From positions 160,001 to 224,000 of the forward strand of contig CAWBEI010000002.1 of the NCBI GenBank assembly GCA_963787835.1: a DNA stretch of 64,000 nt, given 5' to 3'. Shown in pieces: positions 17,839 to 27,823 of the stretch. Position numbers and translations under genes: made by a program. The notes under the pieces were generated by a model. That model searched no databases. It had not been told where the DNA came from and worked only from the letters and a program-made list of their open reading frames with translations. Numbering within the stretch: position 1 is the stretch's first letter; each line of letters starts with the position of its first letter. This stretch comes from Ignavibacteriota bacterium (lineage in GTDB: Bacteria > Bacteroidota > Ignavibacteria > Palsa-1295).

Positions 17839-19590
17839 ATGAGCATCGTACGCGACGTTTTTAGCCTTCCACGCCGCCTCAGTTATGCCGACCTTGTCGT
17901 CTTTGGCATCTTTGGTGGCCTGATGTATTGGCTTGTGCTTGTTTCGCGTGAATGGTCGCAAGCCATCCAGCCGCACACGGTTATTCATTCCGAGTTCACC
18001 TACCTTCCGCTCTATACACTGTATTCACTTTCCCGTGGCTTAGGCGCGTACATTATTTCTCTCCTATTTACGATCGCCTATGGCTACGTGATGGCGCATT
18101 CGAAGCGTGCAGAGAAAGCGATGCTTTCGCTTCTCGACATTTTGCAGAGCGTCCCGATCGTCGCGTTCCTCCCGGAACTCGTGACCGTATTCGTGCTTCT
18201 TTTTCCGAACTCCTACGTCGGTCTCGAGATCGCTTCGGTCATCACGATCTTCACCGGACAGGTCTGGAATATGACCTTTGCCTTTTACCATTCGATCAAG
18301 GCCATCCCGCAGGATTTGAAAGATGCCACGGAAAGTTATCACCTCACGAAACGCGAAACGCTGCGGCGTCTTGAATTGCCCGCAAGCGCCATTCCACTGA
18401 TCTGGAATTCGATGATGTCCATGGCAGGTGGGTGGTTCTTTCTCTCGTTGAGTGAAGCATTTACCGTCGGAGGCAAGGATTTCCGGCTGCCGGGTATCGG
18501 AAGCTACATGGCCCAGGCCGTGGAGCAAGGCAACATTCCGAGTATGATCGGTGCAATGATCGCGATGGGACTGATGATCATTTTCCTGGACCGAGTGCTC
18601 TGGAGACCGCTCGTGATCTGGAGCAGAAAATTCAGGGTCGAGGAACTTTCAAGTGAACCGGAAGGAAAATCTTTTGTACTCTCCATCATTCAGAGATCGG
18701 AAATGATTCAGTCCATGAACCGATGGTTCGAACGCCGGCGTCGCGACAAGGCCGGTGCCACCGACGCTTCGTACCTCGCAACGAAAGAAGCCCTCAGCCA
18801 TGACGCGTTCGATCAAAAGGTCGAGACCGACACTCCGTTCCGAAAAGCGGTCGGGGTCGCGCTGGCCGTCATCGTGTTAGGACTGCTCGCCTATGGTGTG
18901 TTCCGGTTGTATTTGATTTTTACTCAAGAGGTGACGGCCGCGGAATGGCTGGACATTCTCAGCGATTCCTTCCTCACACTTCTTCGGGTAATGGCTGCGC
19001 TCGCCATTGGCGCTGCGTGGGCTGTGCCTGCGGGCATTATGATCGGCATGAATGCAAAATGGTCCCACCGATTACAACCGGTGGTGCAATTCATGTCGTC
19101 GTTTCCTGCACCGCTGGTATTTCCGATCTTCATTCTGATATTTCGAGAATGGGGCATTTCGATCGAGTATGGTTCCATCGTACTCATGCTGCTCGGCACA
19201 CAATGGTATCTGCTCTTCAATGTCATTGGAGGTGCGAGCGCGATCCCAACCGACTTGCAGGAAATGTCAGCCAGTTACCGTATTACGAAGAAGTCGCTCT
19301 GGAAAAAACTACTATTACCGGCGGTTTTTCCCTCAGTGGTTACCGGGGCGATCACCGCAGCTGGCGGCGCGTGGAATGCGAGCATCGTGGCCGAGTTCGT
19401 TGAGTACCACCATAACACCTATGCGGCACACGGTATCGGAGCCTTGCTTCAGAAAGCATTTGAAGACGGGCATTATGCACTGCTTGGCGCAGGTATCTTT
19501 GCGCTCTGCCTCATGGTCATTTGCCTCAATAAATTTGTCTGGCGCAAACTCTTCGCGATCGCGCAGGATAGGTTTGCGTTGAACGTATAG
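17839..19590 (+). CDS. ABC transporter permease, NitT/TauT family, with two fused permease domains
   Basis: LDILQSVP, FTGQVWNM, WNSMMSMAGGWFFL..SEA, GTQWYLLFNVIGG, GGAWNASIVAE. Confidence 0.9.
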   Translation: MSIVRDVFSLPRRLSYADLVVFGIFGGLMYWLVLVSREWSQAIQPHTVIHSEFTYLPLYTLYSLSRGLGAYIISLLFTIAYGYVMAHSKRAEKAMLSLLDILQSVPIVAFLPELVTVFVLLFPNSYVGLEIASVITIFTGQVWNMTFAFYHSIKAIPQDLKDATESYHLTKRETLRRLELPASAIPLIWNSMMSMAGGWFFLSLSEAFTVGGKDFRLPGIGSYMAQAVEQGNIPSMIGAMIAMGLMIIFLDRVLWRPLVIWSRKFRVEELSSEPEGKSFVLSIIQRSEMIQSMNRWFERRRRDKAGATDASYLATKEALSHDAFDQKVETDTPFRKAVGVALAVIVLGLLAYGVFRLYLIFTQEVTAAEWLDILSDSFLTLLRVMAALAIGAAWAVPAGIMIGMNAKWSHRLQPVVQFMSSFPAPLVFPIFILIFREWGISIEYGSIVLMLLGTQWYLLFNVIGGASAIPTDLQEMSASYRITKKSLWKKLLLPAVFPSVVTGAITAAGGAWNASIVAEFVEYHHNTYAAHGIGALLQKAFEDGHYALLGAGIFALCLMVICLNKFVWRKLFAIAQDRFALNV

Positions 19591-19591
19591 C

Positions 19592-20587
19592 TTATTTTTC
19601 CCGCTCGATAACATAATGAGCGAAATTCAGAAGCGCTTCTCGCGCTTCTGATTCTGGAAAGACCATCAGCGCTTCGCAGCCTCTGTTCACATGTTCTTCC
19701 GCTTTTGCGCGAGCATAGGCAATGCTTCCGTTCGACGAAACGAAATCCATTACTTCCTGATAGGATTCTTTTGCCGCTTTACCATTTTTTACCAGTCCAA
19801 TGATCCGCTTCCTTTGACTTTTATCGACCTTCGAGAGCGCATGAATGATCGGGAGTGTTAACTTTTTCTCTTTTAGGTCTGCTTCCGCAGGTTTGCCGGT
19901 CTTGCCATTCAAAGACTCAAATCCGAAGAGATCGTCGCGAATTTGAAAGGCGATACCAACCCCTTCGCCATAATTTTGCAAAGCATCGCGAAATACCTTC
20001 CCCTGCCCTTCTGATTTATCGGGATAGATACTGGCGGCGCCAAGTTCGCAACAGGTACTGATCAGTGAAGCCGTCTTATCTGCTATGATCCGGAAATAGG
20101 CTGCTTCATCAATATTAAGCTGACGTGCTTTTTGCAATTGGTACAGTTCCCCTTCCGACATTCTTCGAACAGCGTTCGAGGTGATCTCCAAAAAATGATA
20201 CTCATTGGTCTTCACGGTTCGGAGCAAACCCTGCGCGAGAAGATAGTCGCCCATCAGAACGCCTACCTTATTCTTCCACAGCGCTTTTATGCTCGCAAGC
20301 CCACGGCGTAGTTCGGAATCATCGACCACATCATCGTGAATGAGCGTCGCCGTGTGAAGCAACTCGACAAGCGTGGCAGCGCGATACGTCGCATCGTTCA
20401 CTTCACCGCAGGCTTTCGCTGAAAGCAGCACCAGCATCGGGCGAAGTTGTTTGCCCTTTGTGCGAATGAGGTATTTCGCCACGAGATTTACGAGCGGGAC
20501 GTCCGAGATCATCGCGCGGCGGAATTCGGCATTGAATTCCTTCATTTCGCGCTCGACTGGGCGAACGATGTCGTTGAGTTGGGACAT
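19592..20587 (-). CDS. Long-chain polyprenyl diphosphate synthase (IspB/HepT-like)
   Basis: GKQLRP, LIHDDVVD..LRRG, GDYL, KTASL, FQIRDD. Start taken as ATG 20587; the longer ORF-track start overlaps tatC. Confidence 0.92.
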   Translation of the reverse strand: MSQLNDIVRPVEREMKEFNAEFRRAMISDVPLVNLVAKYLIRTKGKQLRPMLVLLSAKACGEVNDATYRAATLVELLHTATLIHDDVVDDSELRRGLASIKALWKNKVGVLMGDYLLAQGLLRTVKTNEYHFLEITSNAVRRMSEGELYQLQKARQLNIDEAAYFRIIADKTASLISTCCELGAASIYPDKSEGQGKVFRDALQNYGEGVGIAFQIRDDLFGFESLNGKTGKPAEADLKEKKLTLPIIHALSKVDKSQRKRIIGLVKNGKAAKESYQEVMDFVSSNGSIAYARAKAEEHVNRGCEALMVFPESEAREALLNFAHYVIEREK

Positions 20588-20597
20588 GAATTTCGGT

Positions 20598-21377
20598 TTA
20601 TGACATAGCAGCAGCTTCGGCCTTGCGCCGCTGGCGAGCGGCGAGGGCTGTTCCGGCGATGGAAATTTCGAAAAGTGCCCAGAGCGGGCCAAACAAGATA
20701 AGCTGCAAAATTGGATTCCCGCCCGGCGATAACACGGCTGCAATGGCAAGCAAGATGACAATAGCATGACGGCGATAATGCCGCATGAACGTTGGAGTAA
20801 GAATTCCCAAACGCCCGAGAAAATAGGCGACTAACGGCAGTTCAAATACGATTCCGGAAAGCAATATGATCTCGAGAAATACGGAGAGATACTTATCGAT
20901 CTGGATCATGTTCTGAACATTGCCGATCACAAATCCCATTGAAAAGCTGAGCACCATCGGCAGCATCACCCAATACGCAAACGCAAGCCCACACAAAAAA
21001 CTGAAAACGGTAAAGAATGCGATCTGGCTTACATACTTTCTCTCTTTCTCTTTCAATCCCGGAGAAACGAATTTCCAGATCTGTATGAGCGTGTATGGGA
21101 ACGAAACAATCACGCCGCCCCATAACACGATCGACATCCACACCGATAGCTGACCATAGACTTCCGTGTTCAGGAGCTTCATCGGTGGTTTGGTCTGCAT
21201 CGTGGGCAGCAGGATCACGTAATCCATGATCTGATCGAAGAAGATCGCGCACAGCCCCATCCCGACGCCGATCCCGATCACCGCGCGTACCACGACCCAG
21301 CGCAGTTCTTCGAGATGCTCCCACACGGACATCTCCTGATCGTTGCTCGGTTGTGTGTTGCTATCGTTTTCGGCCAT
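20598..21377 (-). CDS. tatC: Twin-arginine translocase subunit TatC
   Basis: EMSVWEHLEELR, QIWKFVSPGL..KE, FELP, RRHAIV. Confidence 0.93.
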   Translation of the reverse strand: MAENDSNTQPSNDQEMSVWEHLEELRWVVVRAVIGIGVGMGLCAIFFDQIMDYVILLPTMQTKPPMKLLNTEVYGQLSVWMSIVLWGGVIVSFPYTLIQIWKFVSPGLKEKERKYVSQIAFFTVFSFLCGLAFAYWVMLPMVLSFSMGFVIGNVQNMIQIDKYLSVFLEIILLSGIVFELPLVAYFLGRLGILTPTFMRHYRRHAIVILLAIAAVLSPGGNPILQLILFGPLWALFEISIAGTALAARQRRKAEAAAMS

Positions 21378-21482
21378 TGTCCGCGATAAACGCACAAGTA
21401 TGCGATTTCGTCACCATTTTTATGCCTAAAGTGAAAGGGCCATAGGCCCGGCCAGTTTGTAGAATGAATGCAACAAAAAAAG

Positions 21483-21527
21483 ATAGCTCCGTTAGAAGCG
21501 ACCTAAGGCCGCTCCTAACGGAGCTAT
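21483..21527. repeat. Imperfect palindrome ATAGCTCCGTTAGAAGCGACC-taa-GGCCGCTCCTAACGGAGCTAT (REP-like or terminator)
   Basis: 21-bp arms with two mismatches, intergenic. Confidence 0.6.
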
Positions 21528-21631
21528 TTGGATTCTAAAAATACGAGGTTCTACAAACGGGCCACGGCTACGCCGTTTATCATGCCTCCGCAACTAATCG
21601 ATTTCGCTTCGAATGATCCTTATAAGAGATA

Positions 21632-22285
21632 TTATCTCGCGACAATGATTCTCCTCCAAATTGCGAATTGCTCTCCACTATCGGACTCGCCAGTAATTCG
21701 GACGAAATAAGTGCCTGTGGCAATGCTCGAGGCATCCCATTGCCAGGTCGTCGTATTCGACGAAGCGATCTCTTTGCCGAGCAGATCATAAATTCCGATC
21801 TCTGCCGTACGAACGCCGTTGGACAGGATATTGACATTATCCGTCGCAGGATTCGGACTAATAGTAAACGAGACATTGCTCGGAAGAGCGTTCGAAACAC
21901 CCGATGCTGCGACGGTACCTACTAATTGGAATGTTTTATTGCATTCGTCGCAGTACAATGTTCCCGTAAATGTTCCAGAGGAGTTTGCGCCGGGTGTGAA
22001 AGTAATTGTAAACGTTGTCGTTCCACTCCAAGAAAAAGTGGACTGCCCATGATCGAAAGTAAATACATCCGATCCGGTGGTAATGCTAAGGGTTCCAGCA
22101 TCGCCCCCGGTTCCATCAAGTACGGTCCACGTTAGGCTCTGCGAGCCTCCCGGCACGGCTGTAAATGAAGTCGGTCCAGAATACCCCACTGGGCAGGCTG
22201 TCGCTGTGCGGCTAAAAATGGATACTGAGCACAGTAGCATGAAAAATGCCGCCACTCTTAAAAACGAAGTGCGATACGTTTTCAT
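21632..22285 (-). CDS. Small T9SS type A sorting domain protein (single Ig-like domain), paralogue 1
   Basis: Signal peptide, Thr/Gly-rich beta sandwich, CTD ISPNPATD...IYDLLGKE...GTYFVRI. Confidence 0.88.
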   Translation of the reverse strand: MKTYRTSFLRVAAFFMLLCSVSIFSRTATACPVGYSGPTSFTAVPGGSQSLTWTVLDGTGGDAGTLSITTGSDVFTFDHGQSTFSWSGTTTFTITFTPGANSSGTFTGTLYCDECNKTFQLVGTVAASGVSNALPSNVSFTISPNPATDNVNILSNGVRTAEIGIYDLLGKEIASSNTTTWQWDASSIATGTYFVRITGESDSGEQFAIWRRIIVAR

Positions 22286-22352
22286 ATTTATTTTTGTAAC
22301 AAAAAGTGAATAAAACCACTAAATTCGCTCTGTATGGTTTTTATGAGAGGCA

Positions 22353-22997
22353 TTATCTCGCAATAATGATTCTCCTCCAAATTGCGAATTGCTCTCCACT
22401 ATCGGACTCGCCTACAATTCGGACGAAATAAGTGCCCGTTGCAATGCTTGAGGCATCCCATGTCCAGGTGGTCGTATTCGACGAAGCGACCTCTTTGCCG
22501 AGCAGGTCGTAAATTCCGATCTCTGCAGTACGAACGCCGCTTGATATGATGTTGATATTATCCGTCGCAGGATTCGGACTAATAGTAAACGAGACGTTGC
22601 TTGGAAGAGCGTTCGCGACTCCCGCTGCTGCTACAGTGCCTACTAATTCGTATGTATGGCCGCAACCGCAGGTTATTGATCCACTATATGTTCCGGAGGC
22701 GTTTGCGCCTGGTGTGAAGGTAACCGTAAAAGTAGTCGAATCATCATAACTGAGCGGCATTTGGCTAAGGGTAAATACATCCGATCCGGCGGTTATCTTT
22801 ACCCACATTAAATCCGTTCCTGCGAAAGAGTACGCTGTCCAGGTCTGGCTATGCGAGCCTCCGGGTGCGGCAGTAAATGATGTCGGTCCGCTAATCCCAT
22901 CTGGGCAAGCTATTGCGTTCCGGCTAACAATACATGTCAAGCACAACAGCATCAAAAAAACCGACACACTCAAAAATGAAGTACGGTAAGTGTTCAT
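22353..22997 (-). CDS. Small T9SS type A sorting domain protein (single Ig-like domain), paralogue 2
   Basis: Same architecture; the CTD is nearly identical to paralogue 1 at DNA level. Confidence 0.88.
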   Translation of the reverse strand: MNTYRTSFLSVSVFLMLLCLTCIVSRNAIACPDGISGPTSFTAAPGGSHSQTWTAYSFAGTDLMWVKITAGSDVFTLSQMPLSYDDSTTFTVTFTPGANASGTYSGSITCGCGHTYELVGTVAAAGVANALPSNVSFTISPNPATDNINIISSGVRTAEIGIYDLLGKEVASSNTTTWTWDASSIATGTYFVRIVGESDSGEQFAIWRRIIIAR

Positions 22998-23102
22998 GTT
23001 TTTTCGTAAAAAAGTGAATAAATATACCTAAAACACTTTAAGCAAACGCATCCCTTAGTACAAAGTTGCAGCTTTTTAGGGTAAATCGGAGTGCATACCG
23101 GA

Positions 23103-23147
23103 CTGCTCTCGATCCTGTGAGGATTAGGAGATGAAGATGTCAGACAT
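23103..23147 (-). pseudogene. Relic of a TIR-domain gene 5' end (MSDIFIS*SSQDREQ)
   Basis: Manual translation of 15 codons matches the bacterial TIR_2 start motif DIFISYS.xD, with TAA (23124-23126) at the Tyr position. Confidence 0.6.
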
Positions 23148-23211
23148 GGCGAGATCGGATCACAACTATACGGCTGACCGCCCGGCTTTAGGCCTGAACT
23201 AAGCAGCATGA

Positions 23212-24498
23212 TTAGGCATAAAGCGGGAACCGGCTCGTAAGCCGTTTCACTTCTTCCCGAACCCCGGCAATCAATGTCGCATCCGTAGGATTTGAAACTA
23301 CTCGGTCTATCATTTCTGCGATCACATCCATTTCGGCCTCTTTCATTCCGCGCGTAGTAACGGCCGAAGTGCCAATCCGAATACCGCTTGTGACAAGCGC
23401 TGGTTTATCGTCATACGGAACGGCATTTTTGTTTACTGTGATGGCGGCTTTGTCCAATGCTTCCTCAGCAGATTTGCCGGTAATATTCTTCCCACGCAGA
23501 TCGGCAAGCATCAAGTGATTGTCCGTGCCTCCTGAAATAATATAAAATCCCCGCTTCACGAGTTCCGATGCGAGACGTTTCGCATTACGAATGACCTGTG
23601 CGCCATATTCGGTAAAACTATCTTCGAGCGCTTCACCAAACGCCACGGCCTTTGCGGCAATAACGTGCATCAGCGGACCGCCCTGTATCCCTGGCATCAC
23701 GGTGGAATCAATAATTTCGGAAACCATCTTCGTGCGTCCTGATTTTGGCGCAACTGATCCCCAGGTGTTCTCGAAATCTTTCCCGAGCAGAATCAGTCCC
23801 CCGCGCGGGCCGCGAAGCGTTTTATGGGTCGTCGATGCGACAACATGGCAATACAGAAGCGGGCTGGTGAGATGGCCTTTAGCAATCAGGCCGGCAGGAT
23901 GTGCCATATCACAAAAGAGAAATGCGCCGACAGAATCGGCGATCTCACGGAAACGCTTGAAATCCATGTCGCGCGAGTAAGCGCTTGCTCCGACCGTGAT
24001 CATTTTCGGCTTGACTTCATGCGCTTTTCGTTCGACGTCCTCATAATCGATGTATCCGGTTTCTTTCGAGACGCCATAGGCATGGAATTCATACAGTTGG
24101 CCAGAAAAATTCGCTGGATGACCGTGCGTGAGATGTCCACCGTGGGAAAGATTCATTCCCAATACACGATCTCCCGGTTTTAGGAAGGTAAAATAGACCG
24201 CCATGTTTGCCTGGGAACCGGAATGGGGCTGAACGTTCGCATATTCTGCGCCAAAAAGTTTTTTCACACGATCTCGCGCCAGGTTTTCTACAACATCCGC
24301 GAACTCGCACCCGCCATAATACCGCTTGCCGGGATATCCCTCTGCATATTTATTGGTAAGCACGCTTCCCTGCGCCTGCATCACGGCAGCGGAAGTGAAA
24401 TTCTCGCTCGCGATGAGTTCCAGTCCGTGCTGCTGTCGTTCGAGTTCCTGTTCGATGGTGTGGAATACTTCGTTATCGTACATTGGATTCAAGTTCAT
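23212..24498 (-). CDS. glyA: Serine hydroxymethyltransferase
   Basis: [41 protein letters not shown]. Confidence 0.98.
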   Translation of the reverse strand: MNLNPMYDNEVFHTIEQELERQQHGLELIASENFTSAAVMQAQGSVLTNKYAEGYPGKRYYGGCEFADVVENLARDRVKKLFGAEYANVQPHSGSQANMAVYFTFLKPGDRVLGMNLSHGGHLTHGHPANFSGQLYEFHAYGVSKETGYIDYEDVERKAHEVKPKMITVGASAYSRDMDFKRFREIADSVGAFLFCDMAHPAGLIAKGHLTSPLLYCHVVASTTHKTLRGPRGGLILLGKDFENTWGSVAPKSGRTKMVSEIIDSTVMPGIQGGPLMHVIAAKAVAFGEALEDSFTEYGAQVIRNAKRLASELVKRGFYIISGGTDNHLMLADLRGKNITGKSAEEALDKAAITVNKNAVPYDDKPALVTSGIRIGTSAVTTRGMKEAEMDVIAEMIDRVVSNPTDATLIAGVREEVKRLTSRFPLYA

Positions 24499-24503
24499 TA
24501 GAA

Positions 24504-24633
24504 TGTCATTCTGAGCGGAGCAAACCGTAGCGACAGCGAAGGTTTGCGAACTCGAAGAATCTCTTGAACTGCCAGAGATCCTTCGACTCCGTTCGCCCCT
24601 CCTTCTTCGGGACGAACTACGCTCAGGATGACA
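24504..24633. repeat. Palindromic REP-like element, family A, copy 2
   Basis: TGTCATTCTGAGCGGAG...GATCCTTCGACTCCGTTCG...CGCTCAGGATGACA. Confidence 0.85.
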
Positions 24634-24660
24634 TGCATCCTGAAACAGATTCTTGCTGTT

Positions 24661-25098
24661 TTAATGATCGCCGCTCATCATTTTTTGAATTCTTGCGATA
24701 TGTCTTCCTCCTTCGAATGAAGTCGATAGCCAAATCTCTACGATGTTGAGTGCTATTTCCTGCGAGATCATACGTTCCCCCAAAGAGAGCACATTTGCAT
24801 CGTTATGGCGGCGTGAAGCGCTCGCCGTTTCGTCATTCCAACAAAGCGCGCACCGCACGCCATGCACTTTATTCGCTACCATCGCCTCGCCGTTCCCGGA
24901 ACCTCCCAACACGATGCCTCGCTCGCATTCGCCATTAGCAACGGATTCGGCGGCTGGGCGTATGAAGTCAGGATAGTCCACCGGAGCCGTGCTGGACGTG
25001 CCAAAATCCTTCACGGTATGACCGGCTGCGATCAGCCACGATTTGATGGCCTCCTTGTAGGTAAAACCAGCATGGTCGCTGGCGATGGCAATGGTCAT
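24661..25098 (-). CDS. rpiB: Ribose-5-phosphate isomerase B
   Basis: SDHAG, DYPD, GGSGNGE, ANKV, RRHNDANVL, FEGGRH..RI. Confidence 0.93.
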   Translation of the reverse strand: MTIAIASDHAGFTYKEAIKSWLIAAGHTVKDFGTSSTAPVDYPDFIRPAAESVANGECERGIVLGGSGNGEAMVANKVHGVRCALCWNDETASASRRHNDANVLSLGERMISQEIALNIVEIWLSTSFEGGRHIARIQKMMSGDH

Positions 25099-25102
25099 GG
25101 GG

Positions 25103-25210
25103 AAATTATGAATGATAATTTATGAATGATGAAATTAGGATTGAAAAAAATGGCAGTTGTGATATTATGATGTGTTCGAAGTCACCATTCATCATTTATA
25201 ATTCATCATT
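25103..25210. repeat. AT-rich short tandem repeats (ATGAATGAT-like) arranged as an inverted pair
   Basis: AATTATGAATGATAATTTATGAATGATG at ~25104-25131 and CATTCATCATTTATAATTCATCATT at 25186-25210. Confidence 0.55.
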
Positions 25211-26468
25211 GTCTCCTGGTTGGTGTGAACCATTGCTCGGAAAAGCTCACATCAGCCCCTAAACGCACGAAGGTCTCGTTCGGTGCGGAGCCGCTTATCT
25301 GCGGCGTACGCTGGCCAATGACCAGCGAAAGATTCAACAATGTTTCCAAGCTCACCGGTATCCCCACTCCGCCAGAAACAGAATATTCCCGAACACCGCC
25401 AGAACCTACCGGGTTGACAGGAAGCGTGCCATAAGAAAAACCTAATCGAAGTGCCCATCGGTCAAGACCAGAATTGCTGCCAAATTCGCTGCCTAAATTC
25501 GGCAGACGTTCAATGCCAACTGAGAACCGATTGCTCGAACGCATCAGCGTGTCACCGGAGATCGCTGTTGGCGAGTAGAGATATGCCGTGGAAAAATCCT
25601 GTGCGAAATAGTCAACCTCAGCACGATATCTTCTGCCGACATGAAACGAGATACCGGCGGATAGCGAAGCCGGATAACGCCCGACCCCGTTCACATCAAT
25701 GTTCGTATCGAGCGATGAGGAAATCGGTGTGATGATCGTTTGCTGCGTGGATTTAAGATTAGTTGCAAAGCTATAGCTTGCTCCGAAGGATATTCCGTCG
25801 AGCGCATCGGCAATAGAATCTCCGATGAGCTGCAAACCGAACGTTGGCCGAACTCCATAAAAAAGATAGTCCCGTTCGAATTGGCCGGTGGCTGACTCCG
25901 TATCGGTATAACTTACTTGGTCGATGTGCCGGATATCGCCGGTCACGAGATCCAGCCGAGCGCCGAGTGCGACTGCTGGGATAGGCCGAGCCGCAAAACC
26001 GGCAAACACAAGATTGGTACCACCGCGAATGATATAATTCTTGGTGCTGGACGAATCGCTCTCGTTAATATCATCGCTGGCGTTGGTCAAAGGAACATAG
26101 CCGAGCGAGATCGCACCATGATACTTGTTCAATACCGGCGCGGCGAAAGAGGCCCCGCTGAATTGTATGTTTTGCTGACGATCCGTATTACCAGACAGTG
26201 TGGCATTACTCATATCGTAATGGACTGAAGCCTGAAACCGCGTTCGGGCGATCCACGTCCAGTCGGCGGGGTTAAGATCGTTCACTAACCTGCTTGCCTC
26301 CATGGCTATGCCGGTTCCGCCCAGCGCTTCGAGTGTTTCACTTCCGGAATGCACCGGAAGCCCAAAGCCGATCAAATCATACGGCGACCCCTGAGCGAAG
26401 CCCGTATTAGAAAATGCAAGCAAAAAAAGTACAAATAAGGCCCAGCGCGCCCTTCGGTGTTGGTGCAT
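25206..26468 (-). CDS. Outer-membrane beta-barrel protein, FadL/OMPP1-like
   Basis: Signal peptide, N-terminal SPY...GG.G.A...NPA hatch motif, C-terminal ..SEQWF. Confidence 0.75.
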   Translation of the reverse strand: MHQHRRARWALFVLFLLAFSNTGFAQGSPYDLIGFGLPVHSGSETLEALGGTGIAMEASRLVNDLNPADWTWIARTRFQASVHYDMSNATLSGNTDRQQNIQFSGASFAAPVLNKYHGAISLGYVPLTNASDDINESDSSSTKNYIIRGGTNLVFAGFAARPIPAVALGARLDLVTGDIRHIDQVSYTDTESATGQFERDYLFYGVRPTFGLQLIGDSIADALDGISFGASYSFATNLKSTQQTIITPISSSLDTNIDVNGVGRYPASLSAGISFHVGRRYRAEVDYFAQDFSTAYLYSPTAISGDTLMRSSNRFSVGIERLPNLGSEFGSNSGLDRWALRLGFSYGTLPVNPVGSGGVREYSVSGGVGIPVSLETLLNLSLVIGQRTPQISGSAPNETFVRLGADVSFSEQWFTPTRRQ

Positions 26469-27739
26469 TACTTCAGTTTAGAATATGAAAGAATGAAGTA
26501 CGGACGCTTTGTCACATCAGCACAGTTCGGGCCATAAAAAGTCCAGCGGTTTACGGTGTTGTCTTCGACTCCTATCGTTTCCGGAGCGGGTGCATCGAAA
26601 CTTCGCGAAGAGTATCCGGACCGCAATTCAAATCCCAAATTTGGGATGGAATCCCGAAGCCATTCCTGCACCATGCCTCGGACCTGGAAGCGGTACGTGA
26701 TATTCGGATTTGTCGGTGAGATAGTATCCAAGGAGCCATTGCCGTCATAATGATCGGCAGAGTCCACGCTGCCAACGAGTACAATATCCGGGCCGATCGT
26801 ATCTCCTTCAATATTGGAATGGCTGGAATTTGCCGGGTCCAGCGTGAGTACCAGCGTGGCATTATTGATCGTCGTAAAGGCATTGAGCTGGGCATCCGTG
26901 GTATCTTTCGAATTTGCAAGATTCAGCGTAATACGTTCTCGCTTGCCAGAGCCGCCTCGAAGCGTAAATTCCCCGGCTGGCGGCGTGCTCATCTCATGGA
27001 CATAAAACAGATCCACCGAGGGAGCGCGGAAGACCGAATCGCCATTATTTAAATAATACTCGATCTGCGGTACGGAGTTTACATCACCATAACTATGGAT
27101 CGTGCCAAAACCACGGGCATTGGTCATCTTCTGCATTGGGGCGATCACATAATTGATGAACGGTGACGTAAGATTTGGAATAGCACTGGAAGAGATGGGA
27201 ATCTCGAGTCCGCGATCGGTGGAGTCCGGAAACGAGGTGTCAATCGAGCCTATCGGAACTGTGGATGCGATCGTGCTCCAGGGTAATGTAGTTACGGAAT
27301 CATAATCGAAGCTGCTATAAAGGCTATAGACCACAAAGCTCACCTGGCTTTTCAAGCCACTTGTCGTATCGCCGTAAGACATATTTCCATCTTTAAGTAT
27401 CAATCTAATACCAGTTATCATGGAGAGGGAATCCGGACTTAGAGGCGGAAATTGCAACAGCCCCCAGGACTCGAAATTATCCGTTCCGCCATACGGATTC
27501 TGTACTTTCCCGATGATCATCAGCGTGGTGGAATCGGTAAGCGCGTAGTTTATCTGGTTGGCCGTGACGAATGGGCGGAGGGTATCGGCGAATTGGATAA
27601 AGGCGGCGTCGTTTCGGATGCTCGTCTGGGTTGCAATCGTATCCGAATAATACGGTGCTCCGAGGTTTGAGATCTTATCCACGCAACCCGAGAGTGCAAG
27701 GCTGGCAGCAGTAAGAAGAAGGATGGTGTATTTCAGCAA
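26468..27739 (-). CDS. Hypothetical lipoprotein (DUF4270-like by position)
   Basis: Lipobox LSGC; C-terminal KRPYFILSYS; lies downstream of glgA, as DUF4270 genes do in Bacteroidota. Confidence 0.6.
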   Translation of the reverse strand: MLKYTILLLTAASLALSGCVDKISNLGAPYYSDTIATQTSIRNDAAFIQFADTLRPFVTANQINYALTDSTTLMIIGKVQNPYGGTDNFESWGLLQFPPLSPDSLSMITGIRLILKDGNMSYGDTTSGLKSQVSFVVYSLYSSFDYDSVTTLPWSTIASTVPIGSIDTSFPDSTDRGLEIPISSSAIPNLTSPFINYVIAPMQKMTNARGFGTIHSYGDVNSVPQIEYYLNNGDSVFRAPSVDLFYVHEMSTPPAGEFTLRGGSGKRERITLNLANSKDTTDAQLNAFTTINNATLVLTLDPANSSHSNIEGDTIGPDIVLVGSVDSADHYDGNGSLDTISPTNPNITYRFQVRGMVQEWLRDSIPNLGFELRSGYSSRSFDAPAPETIGVEDNTVNRWTFYGPNCADVTKRPYFILSYSKLK

Positions 27740-27823
27740 GGCGTGATATTCTGGATGGCACTGAGGAAATGCCGATCGATACTTATGAACGGTTATCTGG
27801 AGAAAACGCGACTATCATGACCA

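Noticed and set aside
20588-20767. 60-aa N-terminal extension of the polyprenyl synthase in the ORF track
   Set aside because: Overlaps the tatC 3' end in another frame; homology starts at MSQLND (20587).
22994-23209. 71-aa minus-strand ORF between glyA and the T9SS gene
   Set aside because: Not protein-like; the region is better explained by a TIR relic in another frame plus promoter sequence.
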